This document shows, in pieces, positions 1 to 8,139 of a stretch of DNA of 64,000 nucleotides. The notes under the pieces are model-generated. The model ran no database searches. It had not been told where the DNA came from and saw only the letters and a list, made by a program, of their open reading frames with translations. The stretch's first letter is position 1. Every line of letters begins with the position of its first letter. The position numbers were made by a program, and so were the translations under genes. This DNA is from Minisyncoccota bacterium (lineage in GTDB: Bacteria > Patescibacteriota > Minisyncoccia > UBA6257 > 2-01-FULL-56-20), in contig JBAYLC010000001.1 of the NCBI GenBank assembly GCA_041664245.1, forward strand, positions 86,654 to 150,653, written 5' to 3'.

Positions 1-709
1 AGCCAATCTCCGTTTAGTTGTTTCCATTGCCAAACGTTATGTTAATCGCACGCCCCACTTGAGCATTTTAGATTTAATTCAAGAAGGCAATCTTGGCCTT
101 TCCCGCGCCGTTGAAAAATTCGATTATCGCCGCGGCTTTAAATTTTCTACCTATGCTACTTGGTGGATTCGCCAAGCCATCACCCGCGCCCTCGCTGACC
201 AATCCCGAACTATCCGCATTCCGGTTCACATGGTGGAAACTATTTCTAAATATACCCAAGTCCGCCGCCAATTGATTCAAGAACTCGGCCGCGATCCTTT
301 AACTGAAGAAATTGCCGCCGAAATGGGCATTGATATCGAAAAAGTTCGGCACATTCAAAAAATTTCCCAAGAAGTTCTCTCTATTGAATCTCCGGTCGGC
401 GAAGACGAAGACTCCACTCTCTCTGATTTTATTCCCGACGATAAAGACGCCTCGCCGTCTGAATTAGTGGCCCAGTCGTTGCTTCGCGATCTCATCAAAG
501 AAATTTTAGTTGACCTAAGCGAACGCGAACAAAAAATTGTCAAAATGCGTTTTGGCCTTGAAGACGGTGTGGCGCACACCCTCGAAGAAGTTGGTAAAGT
601 TTTTGGCGTCACCCGCGAACGGATTCGCCAAATCGAATCCAAAGCTCTTGAAAAAATCCGCGATCATGGCAAAGCCGACGCCCTCCGCGCCTTCGAACAA
701 ATGGATTAA
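1..709 (+). CDS. rpoD: RNA polymerase sigma-70 factor, C-terminal part (5' end outside window)
   Basis: The reading frame is open from base 2. Region 2.2 ([11 protein letters not shown]), region 2.4/3 ([14 protein letters not shown]), and a region 4 helix-turn-helix ([20 protein letters not shown]) are present. Confidence 0.9.
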   Translation, partial: ANLRLVVSIAKRYVNRTPHLSILDLIQEGNLGLSRAVEKFDYRRGFKFSTYATWWIRQAITRALADQSRTIRIPVHMVETISKYTQVRRQLIQELGRDPLTEEIAAEMGIDIEKVRHIQKISQEVLSIESPVGEDEDSTLSDFIPDDKDASPSELVAQSLLRDLIKEILVDLSEREQKIVKMRFGLEDGVAHTLEEVGKVFGVTRERIRQIESKALEKIRDHGKADALRAFEQMD

Positions 710-766
710 TTTTAAGCAATTTCCAATTCCCAATTTTTAATTTCTAACCCTAAACCCTAATGGCTA

Positions 767-2512
767 TTGGCTAACATGTCTTCCGCTAAAATTCGTCAAA
801 AATTTCTAGATTTTTTTCAAACCCGCGGCCACGTAATTCGCCAGTCTTCGTCTTTGATTCCCGATGATCCGTCGGTTCTTTTAACGACCGCCGGCATGCA
901 ACAATTCAAACTCTACTTCACCGGTGACTTAAGCGCGCAGGAGGATTTTCGTTTGCCAAGCGGCGAGCCGGCAAAAGGCGTCGTTACTATCCAAAAATGT
1001 TTTCGCACTTCGGATATTGATGAAGTCGGTGACGATTCCCACCTTACTTTTTTTGAAATGCTCGGCAATTTTTCTTTCGGTGGTTATTTTAAGAAAGAAG
1101 CCATTGAATATGCCCACGAATTTATCACCAAAGAACTGGGTTTAAAAATCGACTACATTAGTGTTTTCGAAGGAAATAAAGAAGTTCCCGCTGATTTAGA
1201 ATCCGAAAAAATTTGGCAATCACTCGGCATAAAAGATATTCGCCGTTGCGGGCGGGAAGATAATTTTTGGGGTCCGACCGGCTCCGAGGGGCCTTGCGGA
1301 CCGACCACCGAAATTTATGTAAATGGCGTTGAGGTTTGGAATATTGTTTTTAACGAATATTTTCAGGATTCCGATGGTCACCTTGAGCCCTTGATGCAAA
1401 AAGGCGTTGATACCGGCATGGGTTTTGAGCGGCTCGTTACCGAAGTTCAAAACAAAAGTAATATTTTTGAAACCGATTTGTTTGAATCGATTTTGAAAAA
1501 TATCCCCGCCGAACTTTCCGAGCGAACCCGCCGTATTCTAGCCGACCATGCGCGGGGGATAGCCTTTCTGATCTCTGATGGCGTCTTGCCGAGTAACAAA
1601 GATCAGGGTTATATTTTGCGCCGCTTGATGCGCCGAGTTATCACCCACGAGCAAATTAATCTAAATAAAGAAAAAAAATTTTCCAGCCTTGATCTGCTGA
1701 AAACTGTTGCAGAAGAATACAAATCCGATTATCCAAATTTAAATAAAGAAAAAATAACCGGTGTTTGGCGGGAAGAGTCCGACAAGTTCACAAAAACTTT
1801 AAGCGCGGGTTTGAAAGAGTTAGAAAAACTAACCTTTGTTGATAGCGTTTCCGCTTTTAGGCTTTACGAAAGCTACGGCCTGCCTTTTGAAATAATCAAA
1901 GAGATTAATCCCGAAAAATCGAAAAATCTAACCCGTGAAAATTTCGATAAAGAATTTGCCAAGCATCAAGAAGTCTCCCGCGCCGGCGCCGAGAAAAAAT
2001 TCGGCGGCCACGGCTTAGTTTTAAATACCGGCGAGCTGAAAGCGGGGAGCGAAGAGGAAATGAAAAAAGTTCTCCGTCTTCACACTGCCACCCATCTTTT
2101 ACATCGCGCTCTTCGCGAGGTACTCGGTTCGGAAGTCGGCCAAGCCGGTTCAGATATCACTCCCGAACGAACCCGTTTTGATTTTTCTTTTCCAAGAAAA
2201 GTAACCCCCGAGGAAATCAAAAAAGTTGAAGATTTAGTCAATCAAAAAATCAAAGAAAATTTGCCGGTCAATTTTGTTGAGCTTCCAAAAAGCGAAGCCG
2301 AAAAAACCGGCGCCCTATTTTTCTTCAAACAAAAATATCCCGAGCGGGTTAAGGTTTATTTTGTCGGGGACACGCTTGAATCTGCTTGGAGTAAAGAATT
2401 TTGCGGCGGGCCTCATGTAAGCCGAACCGGTGAAATCGGAGAATTTAAAATATCAAAAGAAGAAGCCATTTCTGCCGGTGTAAGAAGAATAAGAGCAGTG
2501 ATTTATCCTTAA
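767..2512 (+). CDS. alaS: alanine--tRNA ligase, short form (catalytic + tRNA-recognition + editing domains, no C-Ala domain)
   Basis: N-terminus (KIRQKFLDFFQTRGHVIRQSSSLIPDDPSVLLTTAGMQQFK) and the editing-domain metal motifs (HTATHLLHRAL, CGGPH) match AlaRS. The protein is 581 aa versus about 870 aa for typical bacterial AlaRS. Confidence 0.85.
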   Translation: MANMSSAKIRQKFLDFFQTRGHVIRQSSSLIPDDPSVLLTTAGMQQFKLYFTGDLSAQEDFRLPSGEPAKGVVTIQKCFRTSDIDEVGDDSHLTFFEMLGNFSFGGYFKKEAIEYAHEFITKELGLKIDYISVFEGNKEVPADLESEKIWQSLGIKDIRRCGREDNFWGPTGSEGPCGPTTEIYVNGVEVWNIVFNEYFQDSDGHLEPLMQKGVDTGMGFERLVTEVQNKSNIFETDLFESILKNIPAELSERTRRILADHARGIAFLISDGVLPSNKDQGYILRRLMRRVITHEQINLNKEKKFSSLDLLKTVAEEYKSDYPNLNKEKITGVWREESDKFTKTLSAGLKELEKLTFVDSVSAFRLYESYGLPFEIIKEINPEKSKNLTRENFDKEFAKHQEVSRAGAEKKFGGHGLVLNTGELKAGSEEEMKKVLRLHTATHLLHRALREVLGSEVGQAGSDITPERTRFDFSFPRKVTPEEIKKVEDLVNQKIKENLPVNFVELPKSEAEKTGALFFFKQKYPERVKVYFVGDTLESAWSKEFCGGPHVSRTGEIGEFKISKEEAISAGVRRIRAVIYP

Positions 2513-2538
2513 CAAATCAGGTGTGCTATAATGTAAAA

Positions 2539-3321
2539 ATGAAATTAAAAAAATATTTAATTCCATTTGTTTTTCTGATTTTTTTAATCGCACCAATAAA
2601 TTCCAAAGCTGATCTTCCGGCGCCGTTTCTGATAACTTATTATTTCGATTACAAAACAAATAATTCTTCCCAACTGATTGAAGCAAAGCAAATTAGTTGC
2701 GATGATGAAGTCTGTGTAAGCGGGGATACTCGTAAACTATCTTGCTTTAGTGGTCCTAATGATCGTTGTCAACTGGAAAGTTTTCAATTATGGGGTCCAC
2801 AGAAGTTAATTGTCACCTTTTCCGATAAGGTAAGGCAGAGTAAAGTTTTCAACCAAAAAATCATAAGTACTAAATTTTCTAATCATAGCCAAAGCTTCAC
2901 TGTTGTAGTGGAAGATTCACAATTGATAGTTCAAGACTTTGTTTTTAATAATTCATCTAATTCATCTTCCGATTTAATGATTTTTATTAAGACTTTTCTA
3001 ATTTCTATTTTGATTGAAATTCTTGTCGCATTTTTTTATTTATCACTCATAAGAACACCTAAAAAACTTCAAATTATGGTATCAGTTCTGATAATAAATA
3101 TTATTTCTCTGCCACTCTTATGGTTTGTCCTCCTCCCAAAATTTAGTTCAGTTAACTATGGCCTCATTATAAGTGAATGTGCAGTGGTAATTATTGAAGC
3201 TCTTCTTCTCTTCCTAATCAATCGGAAAATATGGAATTTCTGGGTATTTCTACTACTTAGTATCGCTATGAACTTTTTTAGTCTAGTCCTCGGTACAATT
3301 ATTTATTCAATAACTTTCTAA
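2539..3321 (+). CDS. hypothetical membrane protein (signal peptide, Cys-containing ectodomain, C-terminal multi-TM region)
   Basis: Long ORF with an MKLKKYLIPFVFLIFLIAP signal and a C-terminal half of hydrophobic helices. An extended -10 TGcTATAAT (2524-2532) ends 6 nt before the ATG, so the mRNA would be leaderless. The ORF track begins 18 nt upstream at a non-ATG codon. Confidence 0.5.
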   Translation: MKLKKYLIPFVFLIFLIAPINSKADLPAPFLITYYFDYKTNNSSQLIEAKQISCDDEVCVSGDTRKLSCFSGPNDRCQLESFQLWGPQKLIVTFSDKVRQSKVFNQKIISTKFSNHSQSFTVVVEDSQLIVQDFVFNNSSNSSSDLMIFIKTFLISILIEILVAFFYLSLIRTPKKLQIMVSVLIINIISLPLLWFVLLPKFSSVNYGLIISECAVVIIEALLLFLINRKIWNFWVFLLLSIAMNFFSLVLGTIIYSITF

Positions 3322-3341
3322 GTTTTTATTTATTTACATCT

Positions 3342-3370
3342 TTGACTAAAAACAAATCTCGCGCTAAATT
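3342..3370 (+). promoter_or_regulatory. sigma70-type promoter TTGACT-17-TAAATT
   Basis: Hexamers at 3342-3347 and 3365-3370. The -35 region TTGACTAAAAAyAAATC is duplicated at 3628. Confidence 0.4.
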
Positions 3371-3469
3371 ACCGGAAGTATTGAACCGGTCCAGCAACAC
3401 CCTTTCTCGCCACTTTTTGTGGTATTCGCAGTTCCCGTTGCCATGCTGCGCGGGAGAAAGGAGACAAAG

Positions 3470-3568
3470 ATGTTTTATGGTGCCGGTTCAGACGGTCAGA
3501 AAAACCGGGTTCGGGGCGGTAGTTCTGATGGTCACCACCGCGACTGCGGTGCCGATGGTGATTGCTAG
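3470..3568 (+). CDS. candidate mini-ORF (32 aa, Gly/Asp-rich: MFYGAGSDGQKNRVRGGSSDGHHRDCGADGDC)
   Basis: AAGGAG sits 5 nt upstream of the ATG. The ORF lies inside a promoter-to-terminator unit (3342-3618) in a locally GC-rich segment. It is absent from the ORF track because it is under 60 aa. Confidence 0.25.
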   Translation: MFYGAGSDGQKNRVRGGSSDGHHRDCGADGDC

Positions 3569-3590
3569 ATTGTAAGAGATCTAGTCGATC

Positions 3591-3618
3591 GGGGAGAGCA
3601 GAAGCTCTCCCTTTTTTT
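3591..3618 (+). terminator. Rho-independent terminator
   Basis: GGGGAGAGC-aga-GCTCTCCC hairpin followed by TTTTTTT. Confidence 0.65.
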
Positions 3619-3627
3619 ATTCATCCA

Positions 3628-3656
3628 TTGACTAAAAATAAATCCAGTACTATTAT
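3628..3656 (+). promoter_or_regulatory. sigma70-type promoter TTGACT-17-TATTAT
   Basis: Hexamers at 3628-3633 and 3651-3656. This is a paralogous copy of the 3342 promoter. Confidence 0.4.
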
Positions 3657-3717
3657 TTTCTCAGCACATCAGCCTCAAAACTTAGAGGCATTTGATTCGC
3701 ATCTTTTTCTAACCCAC

Positions 3718-3810
3718 ATGGGGGAAAGGAGGCTGCCTTTCATTAGCAGTATTAGTTTTGATGGCTACCGGCCCACCCGCAAAAATGGCGGTGGCGCCGA
3801 CGGAACCTAA
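3718..3810 (+). CDS. candidate mini-ORF (30 aa: MGERRLPFISSISFDGYRPTRKNGGGADGT)
   Basis: Lies in the second promoter-to-terminator unit (3628-3976). Its Gly-rich C-terminus (KN-GGG-ADG) resembles the first mini-ORF. It has no SD; the AGGAGG at 3727-3732 is internal. Confidence 0.2.
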   Translation: MGERRLPFISSISFDGYRPTRKNGGGADGT

Positions 3811-3931
3811 GCGTACTGCTGACGCCGGTTCCCATTTCCTCAACTTTTCTGGCTTGTCAGAATAGTTGAGTTCCGAGGAAAATGGAGCTGGATATCCCAA
3901 AGGGTCCTAAACCAGCTCCGAAGGCTAGAAT

Positions 3932-3976
3932 TGCTAGAAATTCTAGCGAGGGGAGATCATCTGATCTCCCTTTTAT
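3932..3976 (+). terminator. tandem hairpins ending in a Rho-independent terminator
   Basis: Two palindromes, GCTAGAA-A-TTCTAGC and GGGAGATCA-tc-TGATCTCCC, followed by TTTTATT. Confidence 0.6.
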
Positions 3977-3981
3977 TATAC

Positions 3982-4010
3982 TTGACAAATAAAAATAGGC
4001 ATGCTATAAT
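3982..4010 (+). promoter_or_regulatory. consensus sigma70 promoter TTGACA-17-TATAAT (family member a)
   Basis: Exact consensus hexamers at 3982-3987 and 4005-4010. It is followed by a 66-nt leader ending in a GGAGGA SD. Confidence 0.65.
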
Positions 4011-4076
4011 ACAAAAAGCATATTGAGTCAGAAATAATTGAATTAATTAATAAACACTTGCTTCAAGGAGGATGTC

Positions 4077-4793
4077 ATGAAGCGCAATTTGTTTTCACTG
4101 TTGATGGTCGCCCTGTTTGTTTTAACTTCATTATCTGCCGCTCAAGCCAAAATCGGCCTCTCAGTCAGTAACAAGGTAATGGGTGGCTACATTACCGGTG
4201 TGGGCAAAATGGTTTACCCCGAGCCGGTTCATCAACTCGATCTCGTGCTGAATATGTCTCACGGCTTCTACGCGGAAGGTTGGATGTCGAATGCCCTTAA
4301 TGGTCGGCCAAACTCTGGTCGCGAAATCGACTGGACCATTGGCTGGTCCAACAAGTTTATGAGCGCCGGCATTTGCTACATCGATCTCAATCGGTTGTTT
4401 GACGGAAATTCCACCGACTTGATTGAGCCGTTTGTCGAACTGACCGCGCCGGCGATTGGCGGACTTGTATCGCCATACGTGAAAGGCGAACACTTCCACG
4501 CCACGAGAAATTCAGACCAGCTGTCGGCCACTTCGCTTTCTGCCGGATTGAAAATCAAGTTTCAGCCGGTAAAAAGTCCGTTTTGCTTTCAGCAGAACAT
4601 TAGAGTCGTTCATAACGACGGCCTCTTCGGTTGCGACGAGGGATATCTAGTTCGCTACGAGATGTGGTTGAATATCTCTATACCGAACGGATCGATCAAC
4701 TTACTCCAACTCCGAGTTTTCAATCCGTTGTCCAAGATGAGCGACCGCAAAACCCAAACCGCGGTCGGCTCGGGGATCACTTTCAACTTCTAA
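4077..4793 (+). CDS. secreted hypothetical protein (paralog 1), SPI signal, beta-barrel-like C-terminal motif ...AVGSGITFNF
   Basis: Signal peptide with an AQA|K cleavage site. Shares GRPNSGREIDWTIGW, PLSKMSDR and C-terminal GSGITFNF with the 4965 ORF. Strong SD. Confidence 0.75.
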   Translation: MKRNLFSLLMVALFVLTSLSAAQAKIGLSVSNKVMGGYITGVGKMVYPEPVHQLDLVLNMSHGFYAEGWMSNALNGRPNSGREIDWTIGWSNKFMSAGICYIDLNRLFDGNSTDLIEPFVELTAPAIGGLVSPYVKGEHFHATRNSDQLSATSLSAGLKIKFQPVKSPFCFQQNIRVVHNDGLFGCDEGYLVRYEMWLNISIPNGSINLLQLRVFNPLSKMSDRKTQTAVGSGITFNF

Positions 4794-4816
4794 GTGATTC
4801 CCAAACTCACCCAAAC

Positions 4817-4842
4817 GGGCTCTGCAATGCAGGGCCCTTTTT
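4817..4842 (+). terminator. Rho-independent terminator
   Basis: GGGCTCTGCA-aat-GCAGGGCCC followed by TTTTT. Confidence 0.55.
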
Positions 4843-4869
4843 CTATACTTTTTACCCGTTTATTTAATC

Positions 4870-4898
4870 TTGACAAATCAAAATAGGCATGCTATAAT
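4870..4898 (+). promoter_or_regulatory. consensus sigma70 promoter TTGACA-17-TATAAT (family member b)
   Basis: Hexamers at 4870-4875 and 4893-4898. The promoter plus leader (4868-4964) is near-identical to 3980-4076. Confidence 0.65.
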
Positions 4899-4964
4899 AT
4901 AAGGAGCATATTGAGTTAGAAATAATTGAATTAATTAATAAACACTTGCTTCAAGGAGGATGTC

Positions 4965-5675
4965 ATGAAGCGCTTTTCTATCACCCTAATGGTTGTTGCT
5001 CTCGTCGTCACCGGTTGTTTATCATCAACCGCTGCCACACGGAAGTTCAGCCTCTCCAACGAGGTACTCTCTAGCTACATAGCCGGAGATGCTGAGAATC
5101 TCCACCGCGGGCCGGTCAATCAGACCAATTTTCAAATCAGTTTTAGAGGTTTTTACGTGGGACTCTGGTCTTCAACTGGTCTCGATGGCAGACCTAACTC
5201 CGGCAGAGAAATCGACTACACAATCGGTTGGGCCAATAACGTATTTAGTGTCGGCATCTCGCGCTTCGACCTAAATCCACTTTTCTCTTCTAAGGGTGGA
5301 GATATTATCCAACCATTTGGAGAGATTACAATTTCGGTTTCGAAAGAAGTTTCTCCATTCCTAGCCGTAGAACATCTTTACGTCACAAAGGATCCGGCGA
5401 AGAACTCAGCGACATCAGTTGCCGCTGGTGCGAAACTGAATTTCCAACCAGAAGGAAGCACCGTGAGCTTCTCTCATAATTTGAGAGTTGCCTACAGCGA
5501 TGGAGTTTATGGGGTGGATAAGGGATATATTTTCCGTTATGAATTCCGACTAAATAAGGAATTCCCCGGCGGAACGTTCAACCTCTTCCACTTTCGTTAT
5601 CTCCAACCGCTATCCAAGATGAGCGACCGTTGGAACGAAGTCGCGGTCGGCTCGGGAATCACCTTTAATTTCTAG
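4965..5675 (+). CDS. secreted hypothetical lipoprotein (paralog 2), same family as 4077-4793
   Basis: Lipobox-like VVTGC at the signal peptide end. About 40% identical to paralog 1 and shares its C-terminal AVGSGITFNF. Strong SD. Confidence 0.75.
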   Translation: MKRFSITLMVVALVVTGCLSSTAATRKFSLSNEVLSSYIAGDAENLHRGPVNQTNFQISFRGFYVGLWSSTGLDGRPNSGREIDYTIGWANNVFSVGISRFDLNPLFSSKGGDIIQPFGEITISVSKEVSPFLAVEHLYVTKDPAKNSATSVAAGAKLNFQPEGSTVSFSHNLRVAYSDGVYGVDKGYIFRYEFRLNKEFPGGTFNLFHFRYLQPLSKMSDRWNEVAVGSGITFNF

Positions 5676-5707
5676 CCTGGTGATTCCCACAATCAAACCG
5701 AGGGTTC

Positions 5708-5740
5708 TGCAACACAGAACCCTCATTTTTTTATTTTTAT
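5708..5740 (+). terminator. Rho-independent terminator
   Basis: GAGGGTTCTG-caacaca-GAACCCTC followed by T7. Confidence 0.65.
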
Positions 5741-5818
5741 TTATCAGAATGATAAATAAAAATAAATCCTTCGTAGCATCAGGCAAAGAATGGTCTATTA
5801 GTATCCGCAACTTTTAAT

Positions 5819-5846
5819 TCATAAATCATAAATCATGAATCATAAA
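5819..5846. repeat. 7-nt tandem repeat (TCATAAA x4, one variant)
   Basis: Read directly from the sequence. It lies immediately 3' of the folC stop. Confidence 0.7.
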
Positions 5847-5852
5847 TCACCC

Positions 5853-7124
5853 CTAGAAGCTCTCCCTCCTCTCCAAAATCCACTCCTCCGGATACCACTT
5901 TTGTCTTAACTCTCCGGTCAAAAAAAACGAACCCGTTGCCAAAATTAAATCTTCCGGCTTGGCTAATTTAAAAGCTTTACTTAGCGCCTGCCACGGATCC
6001 AAATAAACTTCCACCGGAATTTTTTTATACTTTTTAATTTGCTCGGCCAGCGTAAAGGGATTTCGGCATTTTCTTTCTTTTATTTCAAATCGTGTCGCCA
6101 AAGCGTAGTCCGCTTTCGGCGCAATCACTTTTAAAATCGAATCAATATCTTTATTTTCCGCCGCCGCTAAAACCAAAAACAATTTTCTGTATTTTAGTTT
6201 TTCCAAATTTTCCACCGTGCTTTCCATCTTCGATTCATTATGCGCGCCGTCTAAAACTACCAGCGGCTTTTTTTGAACAATCTCAAACCGGCAGGGGAGC
6301 CGAGATTCTTTTATTCCCGCCGCGACGAATTTATTTTGAATTCCCGTCGCGCCAAGAATAGCCCGAACGAGCGCCGCGTTAGTCAAAAGATAATCTTTTG
6401 CCACTGCCGGCACTAAATTAAATTTTGATCCTGTCTTTTGGCACTCCTCTCTAAAAATATCCAAAAGCGCCGGCCGCGCCTCGGTTGTAAAAAATTGCGA
6501 ACCGCGCTTAATGATTCCCGCTTTATCTCGCGCAATTCTCGAAAGCGTTTTCCCTAAAATATGAGTATGGTCGTAGTTGATATTAGTAATCGCCGTTATT
6601 AATGTTTTTTGAATCACGTTTGTGGAATCATATCTTCCGCCCATCCCCACTTCCAAAACCGCCCACTCGCATTTTGTTTTTTTGAAATATAAAAAAGCGA
6701 TGGCGGTAAAGATTTCAAAGTAAGACGGCCCGCCGTCTGGTCCCTCGCGAAACGCTTTATCGATTATCGGTTTCAGTTCCTCAACAATTTTCGCCAATTC
6801 ATCCGGCGCGATATATTTCTCGCCGACTTTAATTTTTTCAATTGAGGTGGTCACAAAAGGGGAGGTGAATAGCCCCGCTTTTTTTCCCGCCTTAACTAGT
6901 CCCAAATGAACGGCACTCGCCACCGAGCCTTTGCCCGACGTTCCGGTGATGTGGATGTATTTTAGTCCTCGCTCCGGCCGGCCGAGAAGTTCCAAAAGAT
7001 AATTCATCCGCCTCAAGTAAATCTCCGGATTTTTATGGTCGCTAAGATAATCCTTCCCTAACGGAAGGTTATAAAGCCCCTCTAAAAATCCAATCGCCTT
7101 AAAATATTTATCAAACTTTTTCAT
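5853..7124 (-). CDS. folC: folylpolyglutamate synthase / dihydrofolate synthase (Mur ligase family)
   Basis: P-loop HITGTSGKGSV, DGAHNE motif, and the overall Mur-ligase architecture. Confidence 0.85.
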   Translation of the reverse strand: MKKFDKYFKAIGFLEGLYNLPLGKDYLSDHKNPEIYLRRMNYLLELLGRPERGLKYIHITGTSGKGSVASAVHLGLVKAGKKAGLFTSPFVTTSIEKIKVGEKYIAPDELAKIVEELKPIIDKAFREGPDGGPSYFEIFTAIAFLYFKKTKCEWAVLEVGMGGRYDSTNVIQKTLITAITNINYDHTHILGKTLSRIARDKAGIIKRGSQFFTTEARPALLDIFREECQKTGSKFNLVPAVAKDYLLTNAALVRAILGATGIQNKFVAAGIKESRLPCRFEIVQKKPLVVLDGAHNESKMESTVENLEKLKYRKLFLVLAAAENKDIDSILKVIAPKADYALATRFEIKERKCRNPFTLAEQIKKYKKIPVEVYLDPWQALSKAFKLAKPEDLILATGSFFLTGELRQKWYPEEWILERRESF

Positions 7125-7182
7125 TATCCAATTAGCGGATTATAACCAATCCATTAATATTTTCCCATCTTTTTGCCTGCTA

Positions 7183-7210
7183 TTGACAAATTCAATTAAT
7201 ATGATATAAT
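7183..7210 (+). promoter_or_regulatory. sigma70 promoter TTGACA-16-TGaTATAAT (family member c)
   Basis: Hexamers at 7183-7188 and 7205-7210. The downstream CTAAAAAGCAAA resembles the other family members. Confidence 0.55.
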
Positions 7211-7262
7211 CTAAAAAGCAAACCCAGAAACTAAACATAATCGAAAATAGAAAGAAGGGAAA

Positions 7263-7589
7263 ATGGTAAGAGCGGAAGAAATTAAAGTTGGGGTGCTGAT
7301 CTGGTTAGCGGGTCCCTGTTGTCCCTGTGTAGTATCAGAGGTGGATTCAACCTCTCGCGAATTCAAAGCTACCTCGTTCGAGAACTTTGAAGAATGCGAG
7401 TTTCATTTTTCTCAAGTCGATGGTGACTCAGAGATTTGCACGCCAGTAAGAGCAATCCAATATCTTGCTGAACGTCTGAATGAAACCGAAGGCGAACTTT
7501 CTGGTCTAAGGCGTGAGGTGGCCGCACTTGAGGATGACGAGTCTAAAATTGTATCTGCAATAGGCACGATCAGTAAGCTTCTCTCCTAG
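7263..7589 (+). CDS. hypothetical protein (Cys-rich N-terminus GPCCPC, C-terminal coiled-coil-like region)
   Basis: ORF with its own promoter and terminator. No recognisable family. Confidence 0.5.
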   Translation: MVRAEEIKVGVLIWLAGPCCPCVVSEVDSTSREFKATSFENFEECEFHFSQVDGDSEICTPVRAIQYLAERLNETEGELSGLRREVAALEDDESKIVSAIGTISKLLS

Positions 7590-7621
7590 TCAGCCGTTAA
7601 TTAGGCCATCTAGAGAATCTC

Positions 7622-7650
7622 CCGAAAGGCGACCCACAAGGCCGCCTTTT
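7622..7650 (+). terminator. Rho-independent terminator
   Basis: GGCGACC-cacaa-GGCCGCC followed by TTTTTCTT. Confidence 0.5.
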
Positions 7651-7742
7651 TCTTATCCATTGACATTTTCAAAATTTTATAACAAAATAAGAAAAGCAAT
7701 TTAGAGAATTCCTCAATCAGAAATGGAGACGAAAAAATAGAT

Positions 7743-7913
7743 ATGCTTTCGACAATTGTGACGGAGATCATAAATAATCCCGCTAGTATCTTTCTTGGTA
7801 GTTCTGCAGTGGCGGTGTTTGCTCTTCGCTTCGCCGCTCGGCCAAAGTCTGTATCAAGGCTCAAGCAATTCGAAACTCACACCCGCGAACCCGTTGAGAA
7901 AGTTTTGCCATAG
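7743..7913 (+). CDS. candidate small membrane protein (56 aa, one TM helix)
   Basis: ATG to TAG gives 57 codons, with a hydrophobic stretch ASIFLGSSAVAVFALRFAA. It sits between a weak promoter (about 7662) and a strong terminator (7955-7992). It is preferred over the antisense 7610..7864 track ORF, which overlaps the upstream terminator. Confidence 0.3.
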   Translation: MLSTIVTEIINNPASIFLGSSAVAVFALRFAARPKSVSRLKQFETHTREPVEKVLP

Positions 7914-7954
7914 ATCATACCCAGCCTCCTCCTTATACTCCTGCATAAGATGAA

Positions 7955-7992
7955 GTCCCGAGTCACCCACCCTCGACCCGGGACTTTTTTTC
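7955..7992 (+). terminator. Rho-independent terminator
   Basis: AGTCCCGAGTC...GACCCGGGACT followed by T7. Confidence 0.6.
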
Positions 7993-8139
7993 ACCTCCAA
8001 AAATCCTGGCGTAAGCCAAAATATAGAGGTGAACCCTCCGTAGCTCGAAGAGCGGAGTAGGGTATTCCACTATGCTTGCCTTTATGCTTGCCTTAGAACC
8101 AGCCAAGTTTTAGTATTTAAAAGCTCTCTAAATTTTTTT

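Noticed and set aside
3342-3810. Track ORFs 3342..3575 (77 aa) and 3562..3810 (82 aa)
   Set aside because: They begin inside the promoter -35 elements and read through an intrinsic terminator. Shorter SD- or ATG-led mini-ORFs, or ncRNAs, fit the promoter/terminator layout better, though none is certain.
7610-7864. 84-aa minus-strand ORF
   Set aside because: It overlaps the intrinsic terminator of the upstream plus-strand gene. It runs antisense to a better-supported plus-strand unit (weak promoter, 56-aa TM-containing ORF 7743-7913, strong terminator).
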